Origin: Rhizaria sp. SCN 62-66
Taxonomy: Eukaryota
DNA length: 64,000 nt
Assembly: GCA_001724265.1 (NCBI GenBank)
Contig: MEDY01000089.1
Coordinates: 62,001-126,000, forward strand
Direction of reading: 5' to 3'
A model generated the notes under the pieces. That model did not search any database. It was not told the origin of the DNA and was given only the letters and a program-made list of their open reading frames with translations. The translations under genes and the position numbers were made by a program. Below are positions 1-13,614 of the stretch, piece after piece (position 1 is the stretch's first letter; each line of letters begins with the position of its first letter).

Positions 1-80
1 CGGGCCGACCGAGGGCTGATGAGTAGCTTTCGCAGTTTAATAATTCCTGTTTATAGAACCGGTCATTCCGCCTGTAGATA

Positions 81-621
81 ATGTCTGACGACGAGTACGA
101 CAACAACAACTTTGACGATGGTGGCGACGACGTCGATGAGTACGTATCTTTTGTATCCCCCCACTTGGAATTTCTGCTCTTTCCCAGCCCAACACAACCC
201 CCAGCACCATCTCCCTTTTCCACTCTACCCTACCCTCCCGTTCTCACCTCTCTCTCTCCCCTCACCTTTTGCCCACGACTGCCCCCGCAGGATGGTTGAT
301 GACGAGGCCGTCGACGGCGCTGCGGCCGGCACCGGCGCGCAGGACGGCATCGACATGATCGCCCCCGAGGACGCGATCCGCTCCGACACCAAGGTGACGA
401 CGCGCTACCTCACCAAGTACGAGCGCGCGCGCATCCTGGGCACGCGCGCACTGCAGATCTCGCACGGCGCGGCGATCATGGTGGACCCGCAGGGCGAGTC
501 TGACCCGCTGGAGATCGCGCGCAAGGAGCTGATCCAGGGCAAGATCCCCATCGTCATCCGCCGCTACCTGCCCGACAACTCGTTCGAGGACTGGCGCATC
601 TCAGAGCTCATCGTCGATTAA
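81..621 (+). CDS. RPB6: DNA-directed RNA polymerases I/II/III shared subunit RPABC2 (RPB6), 129 aa, 2 exons
   Basis: Exons 81-139 and 291-621; intron 140-290 (GTACGT...CCGCAG) joins GA|G in frame. Acidic N-terminus plus the RPB6 core [22 protein letters not shown]...[10 protein letters not shown]...[18 protein letters not shown]. Stop TAA. Confidence 0.97.
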
Positions 622-1665
622 TTCCAACAACGCATCACGATACCAAACGCAGCAATGTAGCGCCACGCAGCGCATGCTGTCGCGGCCGACGTCAAACTGC
701 GGCGCCGTGGCCAGACGCGTCGAGCGTTGACCGATGACACCACAACATGCGACGCCACTACCTGCATGACAACACTGTCCCTTTCACGGCACGGGCCTGG
801 CTTGCAGGCGCGTGGCTGCGAGCGCGGAAGATGCGCGAGTGAGCGTGACGGGACGTACACAACGGTATCCTGTCGTGCCACAGCTCGAGCGAGCGCATCA
901 CAGCGCTGCTTGGCGCTGTGATGCTGAGCTTGCTACTCGGCGCAAACTGTTGAGCAAAGCGCTGACGTTGGCAACGAACTCCCTTGTTACAAACGGCACG
1001 CACATATTTGCCCACAGGCCCAGGCATTGTCTCAGCTGCCGCAGGCGCTGTCGCTGTCGCATTGTCCCACTCAACGCAGTTTGCACCACCAATGAGCGAA
1101 GGTCAAGCGCCGCCGTCCCTTGGCTGGCGCCTGCGACTGCGCCTGCGTTTGCGCTTGCGACTCCGGCTGCGACTCCTGCCGTGGCTGCTGCTGTGGCTGC
1201 GACATTGCGTGTGACCGGTCGCAGCAATACATGCTCTGTGAGCGTGAGTGGTCCATTCGGACACGGCTCCATTCGGACACGCAATTGCCGTAGGCGTTTG
1301 TTGCCTGTAAGCGCGGGCCGCTCTGTTGCGTTGATGCAATGTAAGATATTTTCGATAAGAATAATCACAAAATAGTAATATATAGCCTCCCTTTCTTTCT
1401 ATTTCAAAATAAGACGAACAAAAATACACTTTTAATTCGAAACATGCCCACTTCTCCGTGTAATTGTGCATCTTGAAAAGCTGTCAATGTCACAGGTTCA
1501 TTGTGTATCTTTTTGAGTCAAATATAAAAGGAGTTGCAGACCAATTATTCACAATCTAATTATGTATTTAATCTTTCTCTCTAGGTATCATTTCAATCAT
1601 TCTAAGTAATCTTGTGATTGTTACTCTCTTGTGTGGTCCTCAGCAACAGCAAGCGGTCAAAGCAG

Positions 1666-4600
1666 TTAGAGCTCCAACGCGTCCCTCTTGTTGCGCACCC
1701 GCTCTTCCCTCTCCCTACCTTCCTCCCTCCTCTTCTCGCGCCTCTGCGCCTGCTCCACGGTCGCCCTCTCCATATTCCGCACGCCGCCCCGGCCGCGCCC
1801 GTCGTCCAGCTCCGCGTTGCCGTAGGCCGCCGTAGCCGTGGCCGCCAGCACCGGGTCACAGAACAGACAGCCCTGGTAGACCAGCCCGTCCACCCCGCCG
1901 CTACCGGCAGCGGCGCCGCTACTTACACCGGTGTAAGGGGCGGCGGCGCGGGCCAAGGGGTTTTCGCGGTGGCACTCGATGTGGAAGAGCGCAGAGGAGC
2001 AGAAGGGGCACACGGCGACGTCGCGGTAATCGGCCGCGGTCGGCAGCGGCGGCTTCGCTTGGCTGGCAATCGTCTCAGCAGAAGTTGCGATTCTGGAGAG
2101 AGTGTTCGAGGTGGGGGTAGTGAAAGATAGTGACTCGATGTCGCCAAGCATGGCGCCATTATGTTGCAGCTGTTGCTCAGGAGCCGTGGAAGCACTGTTA
2201 CTTGTTGCGGTTTGCTCGGTAGCGAGATCTTCGTCAGATGTAAGCGCTTTGAGCGCTACAGCGCGTACATTCCGCGTCACATCATCTTTACCATTGGACT
2301 TGCTCGCAGTGGGTTTGCTGCTCTTCGCTTTGCTGCTGTTGCTACCGTTGCTGCTGGTAATCGTGTTCACTGCTGCAAGGACACCTTTAGCGACCAGCAC
2401 GCTTACACTGCTCGTGCTTACAGCCTGACCAGTGGCAGCGGTGTCAGCACCATCCTTTGCTGAAGACTTGGCTTTCGACTTATTGGGCTTACCCGTCGCG
2501 GCACCCTTAGACCCCGAGGTACTTGCAGTGACTTCACCCCAGCCTTCGGGCTTCTCGTACTCAGCCTTGCTGCTCACGGTCACGCCGTACCCGCCCTCGC
2601 CCGCCAAGTAAGTCCCGGACCCACTTACAAGCGCATCGCCCTTGCGCAGCAGCCGGACGCGGTGCGCGCCCTTGGCGAACTTGACGGTATAGTTACAGTG
2701 GCTGCAGCCGAGGCGCCAGTTGGGCCGCGACAGCGTGTGCAGCACCAGCACGCCCCCGCCACAGCCCCCGCCAGAGTCTGCGGAGGCGGCGGCGTTGGGG
2801 CAGGGGCGGACGCCGCGGGCGAGAACGGACTGGGGGCAGGTCGGGTGGCGGCACTTGTCGCAACTCATCTCGCCGTGGCCGCCGCCGGAGGCGCTGAGAC
2901 CGCCGCTGGCGGCACTGAGACCGCTCGCACTCCCGCTGGCGTTGGCGCTGCCGCTATACGGTGGGTGGTTGTAGCAGCAGGGACACAGCGGGTACGACAC
3001 CGGCGGGTCGCCGTTGGTGGTGAAATAGACGACGCCGAACCCGTCGTAGGGGCACACCAGCGCGGGGAACTTGCGCACGATACCGTTCGACGGCAGCAGG
3101 TACAGCTTCGCGCACGTAACGCAGTACAGCCGCAGCGGCGCGCCGCGGGCGTCGGCCCCGCCCGTGGTCACCGCACCGGTCGCTGGGTCCACTTTAACGG
3201 CCTTGGACGCAGGCAGTAGCAGGCGCATGGCGTTGCCGCAGTCGCCACAGTCGGTAAACAGCACCGCGCTGGCTGCGGCGCGCGCGGCGGCCGAGGACGG
3301 CGTAAAGTGCAGCGCAAACACGCGGTCTAGCCGTGGCAGATGCGCGATGAAGTAGCGGAACTTGCTGCGGAAGGTGCGCAGCAGACGTTCCACGACAGGC
3401 TTGAAGTCAAGCCGCCCCTGGGCAATCAGGGCGAGTTGGCGCTCGACGCGGCGGCGCATCGTGGGCAGCGAGAGGTCCGGGTCGATGGCCTTGTAGCTGC
3501 GGGTGAGGGCAACTCCTAGCGGCAGCGGGCGCAGGGCGCGGCCTGAAGTGGGAAGGGAGTGAATCAAGAGAAAGGCAATATACAAGAGGATGAGCACATT
3601 GATATAATGAACAACAATTGCACTAAAATCCAGGCAATGCAAAAAGTGTCTCCCAATTAACAAAGGGATTCATCAGATTTCCTTCAAGTTGAAATTATAG
3701 GCACATATTTCGAGTAGAGTTAGACCGTACCTGGTGCGAGCGCTGCGAAGCCTCGCTTGCTCAGATTCGCGATGTGCACCGGGATCGTCGCGTCCGTGCC
3801 GATGCCGTGGTGCTCCATCAGCGCGATGAGCTCGCTCTCCGTCAGCAGAGCCGGCGGCGCCGTGAGCCGCGGCGCGGACGGGAGCGCGACACGGGGCAGC
3901 GTGAGGTAGGTGCCGACGCGACTGCGCAGGTCCGACGCCGCGAGCGCATAGGGCGTCGGCCGCGGCTGCAGCCAGGGCAGCAGCGCGGTGTGGCCCAGCG
4001 CGGTGACCGCGAGCGAGGTGATTGTGAACCGCTCGCCCTGGACTGCAGTGACGTCTTTCTCCCTCAGAGTCGACGTCGGGACAAGAGACGTCGTGTTGTT
4101 CGTGTTGGTGCCGCTGTCAGCGTAGGGCAGTGTGAGAGTAAGTTGAGTTGCCTCCGTGGTGCAGTCAGGCAGAAGCGTTGCGAGGAAATGACGCACAATG
4201 TACTCGTAAACACGCGCACGAGCACCGCGCAGCACGCTGCCACTGACAACAACATCCTGAGCGCCATTATCAGCGTCGCTGTCATTTGTGTTAGCTCCAG
4301 TGTTTGTGGACATGTAAGTGTAGGTGTACGGCGTCAGCGTTGTCGGCGTGATCGGGGGGTGGTCGCCAGAGTCGAACCCCATCCGTGCGCGCGTGCGCCG
4401 CCACGCGTGCCCACAGTCACTTACACTGGAGACACACTTAGACGTCGACATCGTGGTATTATTCAGATCTTGCGACTGATCATCCTCTCCAGTCTTCTCA
4501 GGGTCAGCTTCAATTTTATCAGAGTTTACAGCAACCGTATTGTCGTTGCAGACACTCTTCACTGCTGCGCTCCCATTGGCCCTGCCCCACTCCCTGCACC

Positions 4601-7600
4601 GCTCACACGCGTCGCTCTGCAGCAGCCCCGCGGCGACGGCGCCCCACTCCCCGTGCCCGCGCTGCGCCGCCAGCACGCTGTTGTACGCAAACGACCGCGG
4701 GTACGCCTGGGTCTCGGTGCGCGGGTAGCTGATAAAGCCCTCCATGTACAGGCTTTCTGCGACGGCCATCGCCTCAGCGGGCCCCAGCCCCAGTCCACGC
4801 GAGGCGACCTTGAGCAGCGAGACCGTGTTGAGCGGCAGTGGCCGCGCACGCGCGTGCGGGGTGACCATGATCGCGATAATAAGCGCGGGCACTGACGCCG
4901 CGCTCAGGATCGTCTCACGCTGCGGGGCGATACTTAGATCTTCCGAAGTGGGGTCTAAGGGTGGGGCGAGAGCGCGCGAAGTTGTGGCGTTGGGGGCGCA
5001 AGTGAGCAGCAACGCTTGTGCGATGGAGTGCGAGAACACACGGCCACGCTGCCACTGGAGCGGTAGCAACGTCGCAGCAGCAGCAACAGGGCTAGTTACT
5101 GCGTTGCTATGGCCACTGTTGCTGCTGAAGGTCAGTCGGCCTTCAGTGACCGTCTCGCTGCCACTCGCACACGTACAGTAACACGTGATACGATTGTTGT
5201 CAAAGCTCTTGCTACCACGACTGGGCTTCCGCGAAGGCTTAGAGCGCTTGTCCTTCTTCTTTGACAGACCATAGTCATCGTCGTCGTCATCCTCGTCATA
5301 TTCATAGTCGTCATCGTCACTATCGTTGTTGCTTGAGCTGAGCAGTTGGCCAATGCGATTATCCTCAACAAAGCCTTCGTCTTGGTTACCATCGTCACCG
5401 TAACCGCCAGCAAGAGCATCGCGGCAGCCATGATCCTTGGCACCCTCACAAGCGCCAGAGCAGCTGCACATACCACACGCACACTTCCTGCTCTTAATCT
5501 CACTCTCTGGGGCTAGCTCAACAGGAATGCAGATGTCGCCCGCGTTGGCAGCCGCTTGCAGGCACCAGTAGCGCTCCGGCCTAAACCGCGCGATCTCCTC
5601 GGCGCGCTCGACCACGAGCCCCAGCGTCGGCGTCACGCAAGGCCCGAAGCTCACCACGCTCGGCTCGCGCTCACTGAGGGCCCGCGGCTCACGGCCGCCG
5701 CGACCGCCGCGACCGCCGCCGCGAGACTGCTGTTGCTCACGGTCGCTGCTGTTGCTGTTGTTGTGGCTGCGGCTCGCGAGGCCGGCGTTGACGACGTCGC
5801 TGATCGTCACGGCAGTGCTGGAGCTGCTCGCAGTCTTATCAGTGATCGCACTGCTCTCATCGTTGCTCTGGTTATGGCTGCTGTTGTTGCCTGTGAGTTT
5901 GTAGTTGTGCTTCAGGTACATCGTCTGCAGCCGCGTGAAGGCCGCGCCCAGCTTCAGGTCCAGCTCCTGCCGCGCGTCCACCGACAGCGCCAGGTGCCGG
6001 TCAGGCCCGCGCATGCTACGAAGCGCCGCAGCGACGTCGCTGGGCGCCAGGGCCGAGAACACCGCGCGCCTGACCTGCGTTAAATGCGTGATCACATGGT
6101 GGTCTGGCGCGTTGAGCCAGGGCAGCGTGTTGTGGAGCACCTCGAAGGCGATGTTCTCGCCCTCGCGGTCGCAGTCGGTCCACAGCAACAGCGCGTCGGC
6201 GCCCGTCGCGCACAGCTGCAGGTGCGCCGGCACGGCCGCGCGCACGGGCACCTTGACCGTTTTGGCCCCAAACAGCGAGGTTGGGTCGACGCTCGCCCAG
6301 TCGTCAAAGCCGGAGACGAAATCAGTATTATACACGTGACCCGTCACAGAGGTGATGCGGAACAGGGCGTGGACACCGATAGCGCTCTGCTGAGACAGAA
6401 CAGCGGTGCTTGCGTCAGACTTGGTGTGACTTGTCTTCGGGACACCACGGCTGTTACGATCTTTGGCGCTGTTCTCATTGTTGCGACTCAAAAGCTTCGT
6501 GTAGTTGTTGTCGTTGTTGTAACTCGCATTGCTGCTGTTTTCCTTAATCTTCACGTCAGCGTCAGAGTCCGAGACGGGGTACACGTGGTAGATGCCCTTG
6601 AACTCGTGCACTGGCGGGGCACCGGGCTCTTCGCTGTTCGTCGTCTCGAACACCCCATCTGCACTCTCGCCGCTGTCACTATTATCATAGCTCTTGTTGT
6701 TGCTATTGTTGTTCGATTTGTAGCCGTTTGTCTGCGACATGCTACGGGCAAGCGCGAGCGCAACAGAAGGCTTCTCCGCAACGCACAACACGACGAGCCG
6801 TCGCATCCGCTGCTTCCCTTCTTGCTCCGGCTCATGCTGCTAGTGCAGCAGCTCCCGCTCTTTCCCGCCTTTGAGCACGAGGTGCAGCGGCAGCGTCGGC
6901 ACGGGGCGCGTGCGCGGGGGCCGCGACCACGCCGCCACGGACTCGACCTCGATCGGCGCCGCCTCCCAGTCAAACGCGGCGACACGAGTACCCCCACCAG
7001 TTCCGCTGCCGTGCACGTGCGTGTGAGCGAGGGAGAGCAGCGCGGTAGGCGTCGCCGCGAGCTCCAGCGTGGCGGGGCCTGCGGCCACGACGCGGCCGCG
7101 CGAGGTACTTACATCGCCGCAAAGGGTGCTTACACCGCGAGTGCTATTGCTGCTGCTGCTGGCGTCAACGCCGTCCAGTGACTGATCGCTGTTGTTGTTG
7201 TTGTTGTTGATGCCATCTTCGTACTCCTTGAATGCAAGTACACCCTTAGACTGCGAGTGCTGATACGGCGTCCGATCTAAGGGCTTGTTGAACTCCACTG
7301 GCATATCCCAGCCTCCCATGCCGCTACCACGGCCGCCGCCGTCGCCGTCGCCAAGCTCAGCCGCCGCGGCCTCGGCATCGGCAATCTCTAGCGCGGCCAC
7401 AGCAGCGCTGTCGCCGTTCACATTGCTGCCGTTGCCGTTGCGAAAATTGCCGTGCTTGCCAGGGCCGTTGGCGTGAGGGCGAGGGGCAGGCCGCGTGCCT
7501 TTGTGGCGCACGAGGCTGCCGATAGCAGGCGCACCGACATCCTTCACAGCGCTCGCGCTCGCGCTCGCGCTGGCGCTTGCGCTGGCATTGATGCTGCTCT

Positions 7601-8081
7601 CGGTTTTGCTCGCCGCATGCGCCACGTTGCCGTAGCTACCGCTGCGGTCGCTTCCGCCGCCACCGCGGCCGCCCCTGCCCTCGCCGCGGCCGCCGCCGCG
7701 ACCGCCGCGGCCGCGAGCATTGGACCCGTCGTACGCGCTGCTGCTGTTGGGATTGCCGCTGTAGGGCGACGCGGCGTGCGCCAGCGACTCCAGACCGGCG
7801 TCGCGGCGATACTGCGGCTGCCGGCTGCTGATGACAGCGCTCGCAGCAGCACTCGCGTGAGTGGTGTAGCTCGAGCTCGAGCTCGAGTTAGAGTTGGCGA
7901 CTGAGTAGCTGTGTGCGTTAGCGTTGTTGTGGGGGCGTGTTGTGTCGCACATTTCGCAGCACGGAAGAAGCGCGTTGTTGGAAAAGGTGCAGCTGGGGCA
8001 GTTCCACTCGTGCGCAGAATATGCGTCTGTTGTTGAAGCAGACGCAGCCGCGGGCGCTGAGCCGCGCGGTTGGTACGACAT
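1666..8081 (-). CDS. TOP3B: DNA topoisomerase III beta with many low-complexity insertions; probable N-terminal RanBP2-type zinc finger/RGG extension joined through an in-frame TAG at 6842-6840 (about 2075 aa if joined)
   Basis: Toprim VAEKPSVA, TSVTGH, WTDCDREGENIAFEV; ELDLKLGAAFTRLQT; catalytic GFISYPRTET; HPPITP; GIGTDATIPVHI; TOP3B-type C-terminal Cys clusters (CGDC, LYCVTC, CPYDGF, YPLCPCCYNHPP). Intron 3730-3543 (GTACGG...TTCAG). Core from ATG 6806 is secure; the extension to ATG 8081 depends on TAG readthrough. Stop TAA. Confidence 0.92.
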
Positions 8082-9060
8082 CAAGGTTTGAGCAGTACCA
8101 ACTCAAGGAACGCAAAAAAGGATTTGACCAACAAACGCAAATCTATACAACGTATAATTAAGAGGTTAAATATAAAAGTAGTGTTTAATATCCAAATGTT
8201 CAGCGGCGTTCTAGTTGACGGATAATACGGTGTATGGCAGGTGCGTTTTAGAGCCAAATACGCAGATCTTGTCTACGTGACCCGTGACATAAACACAGTA
8301 TTTCAGAGGACATGTCGTCGAAGCAAGTGAGTTACGGGATGTAGGAGTATTTTTTTGAACCTTTAGCGCTTTATTAGTAATATTAGAGGGATGCGCCTTT
8401 AAGTTCATTCCATATAAAACTTATATTTTGTGATTTTTGTTAGTGTTACTGACATGACATCATACTACTTGTACACATAATGAAAGTAAAATGAATGGTT
8501 GCTAGACTCAGTTCTCGCAGCAACAGCAGCAGCACTGCTCCCAATGCTAGCAACGACAGGGATAGTATCGTTACCGTTGTGGAGCGCTGCGACTGGAGCG
8601 AGCAAGAGCTGAGAGTGGAGACACGAGAGTTGCCGACGCACAGTCACGGAGTCACGGAGTGCAAGCAGCACCAGAGCGAATGCTCAGGATTGCGGCTGTA
8701 ACGGTGACTGTGGGACTGATATGATATGTAACGGAGGAGAGTGCTGTTGCTGCTGAGACTGCCGCTGCAGCGGCCTTAGGCTAAGTTAGGCCGCCGCGAT
8801 CTACTTACACATCAGACAGAGCGCTTCATCAAATGATGAAGACAAGGAGTGTAAACAGACTCTCGACGAAGGGACGACAGGGGCAGAGGCAGCGGCAACA
8901 GCACGACGCGACAACGCTGAGTGTCGAGAAGGGGAGTGACGTATCACTGCAACGACGGCAACACTACAACGACTGAGGATCACTTACGACTCACTAATGT
9001 GAGCGTAAGGCAATTGCAGTTGCGTGTGCTGACGCGGTTGCGGCGACAGAGAGGTGGGAA

Positions 9061-9305
9061 ATGATTTTGTTGGGATTTTGTTTTTGATTTTGACTCGAAA
9101 TTTTGTGAGAGTTTTGATTTGAGAGACATATCTTTTTTTGTTGTTTTGTTTTTGAACTGAAAAAAAGGTATAAAGGGTTTGATTTTTGTTTTGTTTTTGA
9201 TCGTTTTTTGATTTTTGTTTCTTTTTGTTTTCGTTTTTGTGTGTTTGTTTTCTTTTTGGTTGTGTTCTTAGAGTGTTTGTGTGTTCTTTTGTTAATTAAT
9301 CTTTT
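9061..9305. repeat. T-rich low-complexity tract (degenerate TTTTG/TTTTTG)
   Basis: About 245 nt dominated by T runs separated by G, C-poor, unlike the flanks. Confidence 0.75.
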
Positions 9306-11697
9306 TGACAGTAGCAAGACTGTGCGCCACACGTACATTTACACTTAGACGTCGACAAACACAATGCACTAATGTGCACGTGTGTATTCAGTGTCAGTGC
9401 AAGTGCGAATGCGACGCAGAGAGTAATAATAACGACAGTTACAACGCCAGACTGCAGGGCGCTGCAATGAAGAATGCGAAGGGAAACGAACGAACGAACA
9501 ATATGTAAGAAAAGAAAGCAGACGCAGATAGAGGACGGAGGAGGGTGATGTGAAAAGCGAAAGCGAAGCCAAGAACAAAGCGAACAGCTGTCAACCGATG
9601 CTAAGACATATTCACACAAGTAACTCGCACTCGCGCTGGAGCAAGCTTGAGAACCAAACACTCGAGCCGAAGATATAACACTAATGTGTTTGCCGTTGGC
9701 AGGGCGACACCGACAGTGACCACAGCTGACCAAGTGCTCTAGTGAGAACTAGAAGCTGTGAGAGTCGTCGAGTCATAGTGTAAGTGCGAGAATGTAAGTG
9801 GAGGACAGAGTCGAATTGAGCGGAGACACGCACGACATCTAAGGACCAGCTGCAGGGGTACTTACAACGCAACGCACAGAGTCACACACAACAGCATAAC
9901 AGCCGACGCACAGAGACCATAAGTAACTGTGCGCCGCAGTGTTAGCGTTGACGTTAGCGTGAGCGTGAGTGGTTGGGATTGTAGGTGTGGGCAGTAGTAA
10001 GTAGAGTTGCGTGTAACCGAAGCATGTCGGCACGACACTGGGACGCTGGGCTCATTTGCAGAACAGTAAAACACAAGAAAACACAACACAACAGTGCGTA
10101 AAACGTGTTGCAGTTGTCGTCATTATGTTAGGCAGTCTAGAGCGCAGTGCCTCAGAGCGAGGCAGCCATGAAAAGTTGTTGTCACATCTAGTGTTGCAGT
10201 CAGGAGAGTCGAGTCGGCCGGTTGTGCGACCAGCAGAGTATACCGAAACAGCTGCGAAGCACAGTTGTTGGTTGACACGCGACACGGAGAGCAACACAAG
10301 AACGTAGACATGAAGGATGACTCAAACACAAATCGGGCGTGTAAGTGTAAATGTAAGCGCAAATGTAAGTGCGACTGTGATCGGGACGACAGCGAGACTG
10401 TAAGCGCTACTGCACTTGATCAGCCCACACAGTCACCGGAGCTACACAGGCGGCACATGACTTGCCTTTGCAGGCTCACAGTCACTGCGAGCCGATGGAG
10501 ACGGAGATCAGGAGAACTTGCAGTTCGCAAGCTTACGACGGACTAGCTTGCGCGCTGCACTTACACTGGGAGATGTGAGTTGAATCAAAATGACTTAATA
10601 GAAACTAGATTTACCGTTTAGGTGGCAAGAATTGCACTTGGAATCAGCACCCTAAGTGCGTTCGCGGGCAAATACAAGCACCGCATCGTCAATGCATGGA
10701 CTTGTTCGCCTGTCTTTCAGAGGGGCGGGTCAGGCAAGTAATTCGCTGTGAAGTAAGGTTGCGCGGTACCAACAGCAAGACTTGCAGTGCAAATGCTCTT
10801 ATCTTTCAGTGGCTTGGCGCGAAGTGTACGTATGCAGGCATGCTGCGCGGAGATGATGTAAGTATTCGACAGTGCTTAGAGGCAGTGGTCACAGTCGGTA
10901 ATGACTGTGAGCACGCAAAAGCAACTGAGGGACTTACGTAGACACGAGCAGATGCATCCTTGACACTTACAGCGGATGACACACAACAAACAACTAAAGC
11001 ATTACGTGTCCACTAAGAGAGTGATCGCGCAGACAGAGGGACGACAACGGTGAAAAGTAACGGTATAAAGACGTAGTTTCGCAAAGCCGAAGGGGGCAGC
11101 GCCCCACACACCCCACACACGCGCAGCCGGTCGCTCACAGTCACCAACGAGAGTGTGCGCACAGTCACTCAACCAGAGAGCGGCTCCGTCACAGTCAGAG
11201 ACGGAGACGGAGAGTCGTGGAGAGAGAAACTGTGACACACATGAACAGAGAAAAAGGATGAGGGTGAAGAATGACAAGACTGAGACTGACGGAAAGAGTG
11301 TGACTCAACGTGACTAGACTGACTGTGAGCGGCGACAGCATGGGGGAAAAAGTTGAAAAGGGGTGTTTTGCGCCGAGGTTCGCATACAAGTACACAGCAA
11401 GAGTGGCAACAAGAGAGGCGTGATGTTGATACTGGCGTTGCTTGGGCGAGACTGGAGCAGAAACAGAGAATATACTATCAAACGAGAGAGTCATAACAAA
11501 CAAACAAACAACTGAGTTGGAGTTGTTCGAATAGAAATGACATTTCAAGATTGACAGCGGAGAATAACGTGATTGCATTTAGCAGAAGTAGCAATGGCAC
11601 TTGCAAGGTCAGCAACAGCAACAACAGGGAGTAGCAGCATCAGCAGCCGGCGAGTAGACACGAGAGAGCGCCAAGTAGAAGGTGAGAAGACTCGACC

Positions 11698-13614
11698 TTA
11701 CGCACTCACATACCCACACTCGCCCTCAACCTCCGGCCCCGCCGCAGCCCCGCTCCAGTCAACCGCGGACTGGGCCTGCATCTGCACGGACTGTGCGTAG
11801 AGGGCGCGGCGCGCGTCGGCGTCGGAGAGCACGTCCCTGCCGCCGCTGGCGACGAAGCGCGCGACCTGCACGCGTAGCAGCGCGGGGACCTCGGCGGCGG
11901 GCGTGGTGGGGGTCGCCGCGGCCGTGGGGTGCGTGTAGTGGCAGCACACAAGCGCGAGCTTGCCGCGGCACGGGATCTGCTGCGCCCAGTGCGGGCCGAG
12001 CGAGTGGTAGAGCTGCGCCTGCGCGTGCGCCATCTGGACCCAGGAGTTGACCATGCCGGTGATCATGGGCAGCGAGTCGTCGACGAACCACACCGTGCGG
12101 TCGGGGCACCCGCGGCCGCCGTCGTCCGCGGCCGGGTGCTGGCCGTGGGCAGAGTGGCCGTGGGCAGAGTCAGTGTTGTTGTTGCTGTAGTTGTTGTCCC
12201 AAGAGATCCAGCCGTGCTCGAGCAGACGCTGGAACACCACGCCCTTGTCCAGCGCGGCGCCAGTCACGCCCGCGCTAGAGCCAGAGCTCGAGCTGCTGTT
12301 GGCGCCAGCGCTGGAGCTGGTACTGGTGTTGCTCATGGTGTATCCGCAGTAGACGATGCCGTCGACGACGGCGGCGCCCGTGGCGGGCTCCACGGCGCGG
12401 CGCGGCAGCGAAGCCGGCGCGGCGCGCGCCAGGTCGATGCCCAGCTCGGCCAGAGACGCCGTCGTCGCGGCCGCCATCGAGGGCGAGCGTGCAGTCAGGC
12501 CGAAGACCTTGACGCCGCGGTCCTGAAGCGAGAAAAACAAAACAGAATAAACCAAGGGGTATATGCATAAGGATGAGTGATTAGTGGGATAAATCTAATA
12601 CATTAAAATTTAAACAGCAGTATACATTTCAGTTATACAATTCATAATCGTAAAATGACATCGCGTTCTTTGTGAGCAACACAGCGCTTGTGTCAGTCAG
12701 TTCAGAGTTCAAAGAGAGAAAGAGAAAGACGGGGTCGAGCGTACCTGCAGAGCGCGAACAACGTGCGCGGTGTCATCTTCGGCGAGCGTGAAGGCCTTGA
12801 CGTGCGCGTACAGCGCCGACACCAGCCGCTGCTTGTCCGCCAGCGACAGCTGAGACTGCGACTGGGGCTGCGAGGCGTCAGCGCTGCCGTCACCGCTCGC
12901 GGCGGCGGCGGGGGAGCGTTGAAGGTGCGCCTGGAGCGCGCGGAGCCCGTCGGGGGAGAGCAGCGAGCAGGCGTAGTGGCGCTTCTTGACCAGCGTGTCG
13001 TCGATGTCGAGCGCCACCAGCGCGCCGGGGGCCACGTACTGCAGCAGCGAGGCCAGGCGCGAGAGCGCGAACATGGCGTGCGACGGAACAGACTGGCGCG
13101 CGCAGAACGCGGGGGCGGCAGCGGGCTCGGCGGCGGCGGCGGCGGGGGCGGGGGCGGCGGCGATGGACTGGGTGTTGTTGCTGTTGGCGGTGTCGAGGAC
13201 GGACGGGACGGAGGCTGAGGAGGGCGCAGGCGCGAGCGACGGGCATGTGCTGGCGCCGTCGTCGTCATCACCATCGTCGTCGTGGGCGCCGAGGGCGGCG
13301 ACGTTGCTGGTGCTGTCGCCGCTGCCGTTGCTGCCGTCCGAGTTAGTGCTGCTGACGGAGCGGGCGTCCGAGTCGTCGTCGTCCTCGTCCTCGTAGCGGA
13401 TCACGTACTTCTGCGAGCTGGAGCGCGCGCCAAAGCCGCTGCCGGAGACAAGGCCAGCGGCGGAGGACGCGGCGGCGGACGCGGAGGCGAGGGAGGCCTT
13501 GTTGTAGGGGGAGAGAGCGGCGCGAGAGACGGTAATGTGGCGAGGGGAAGTGGCCAGAATGTGGCGCCGGTCGCGGCTCACCCAGACCTTGTTGTGGCCG
13601 GATTGGTACTTCAT
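11698..13614 (-). CDS. HAD-superfamily protein, DUF2608-like, 564 aa, 2 exons
   Basis: Exons 13614-12745 and 12522-11698; intron GTACGC...TTCAG, phase 0. HAD motif I ALDIDDTL, motif II GVKVFGLTAR, motif III DKG, motif IV VWFVDD. Stop TAA. Confidence 0.8.

Noticed and set aside
8761-8794. 14-bp palindrome GCCGCTGCAGCGGC and a small adjacent hairpin
   Set aside because: Short and GC-rich; plausible by chance in this composition.
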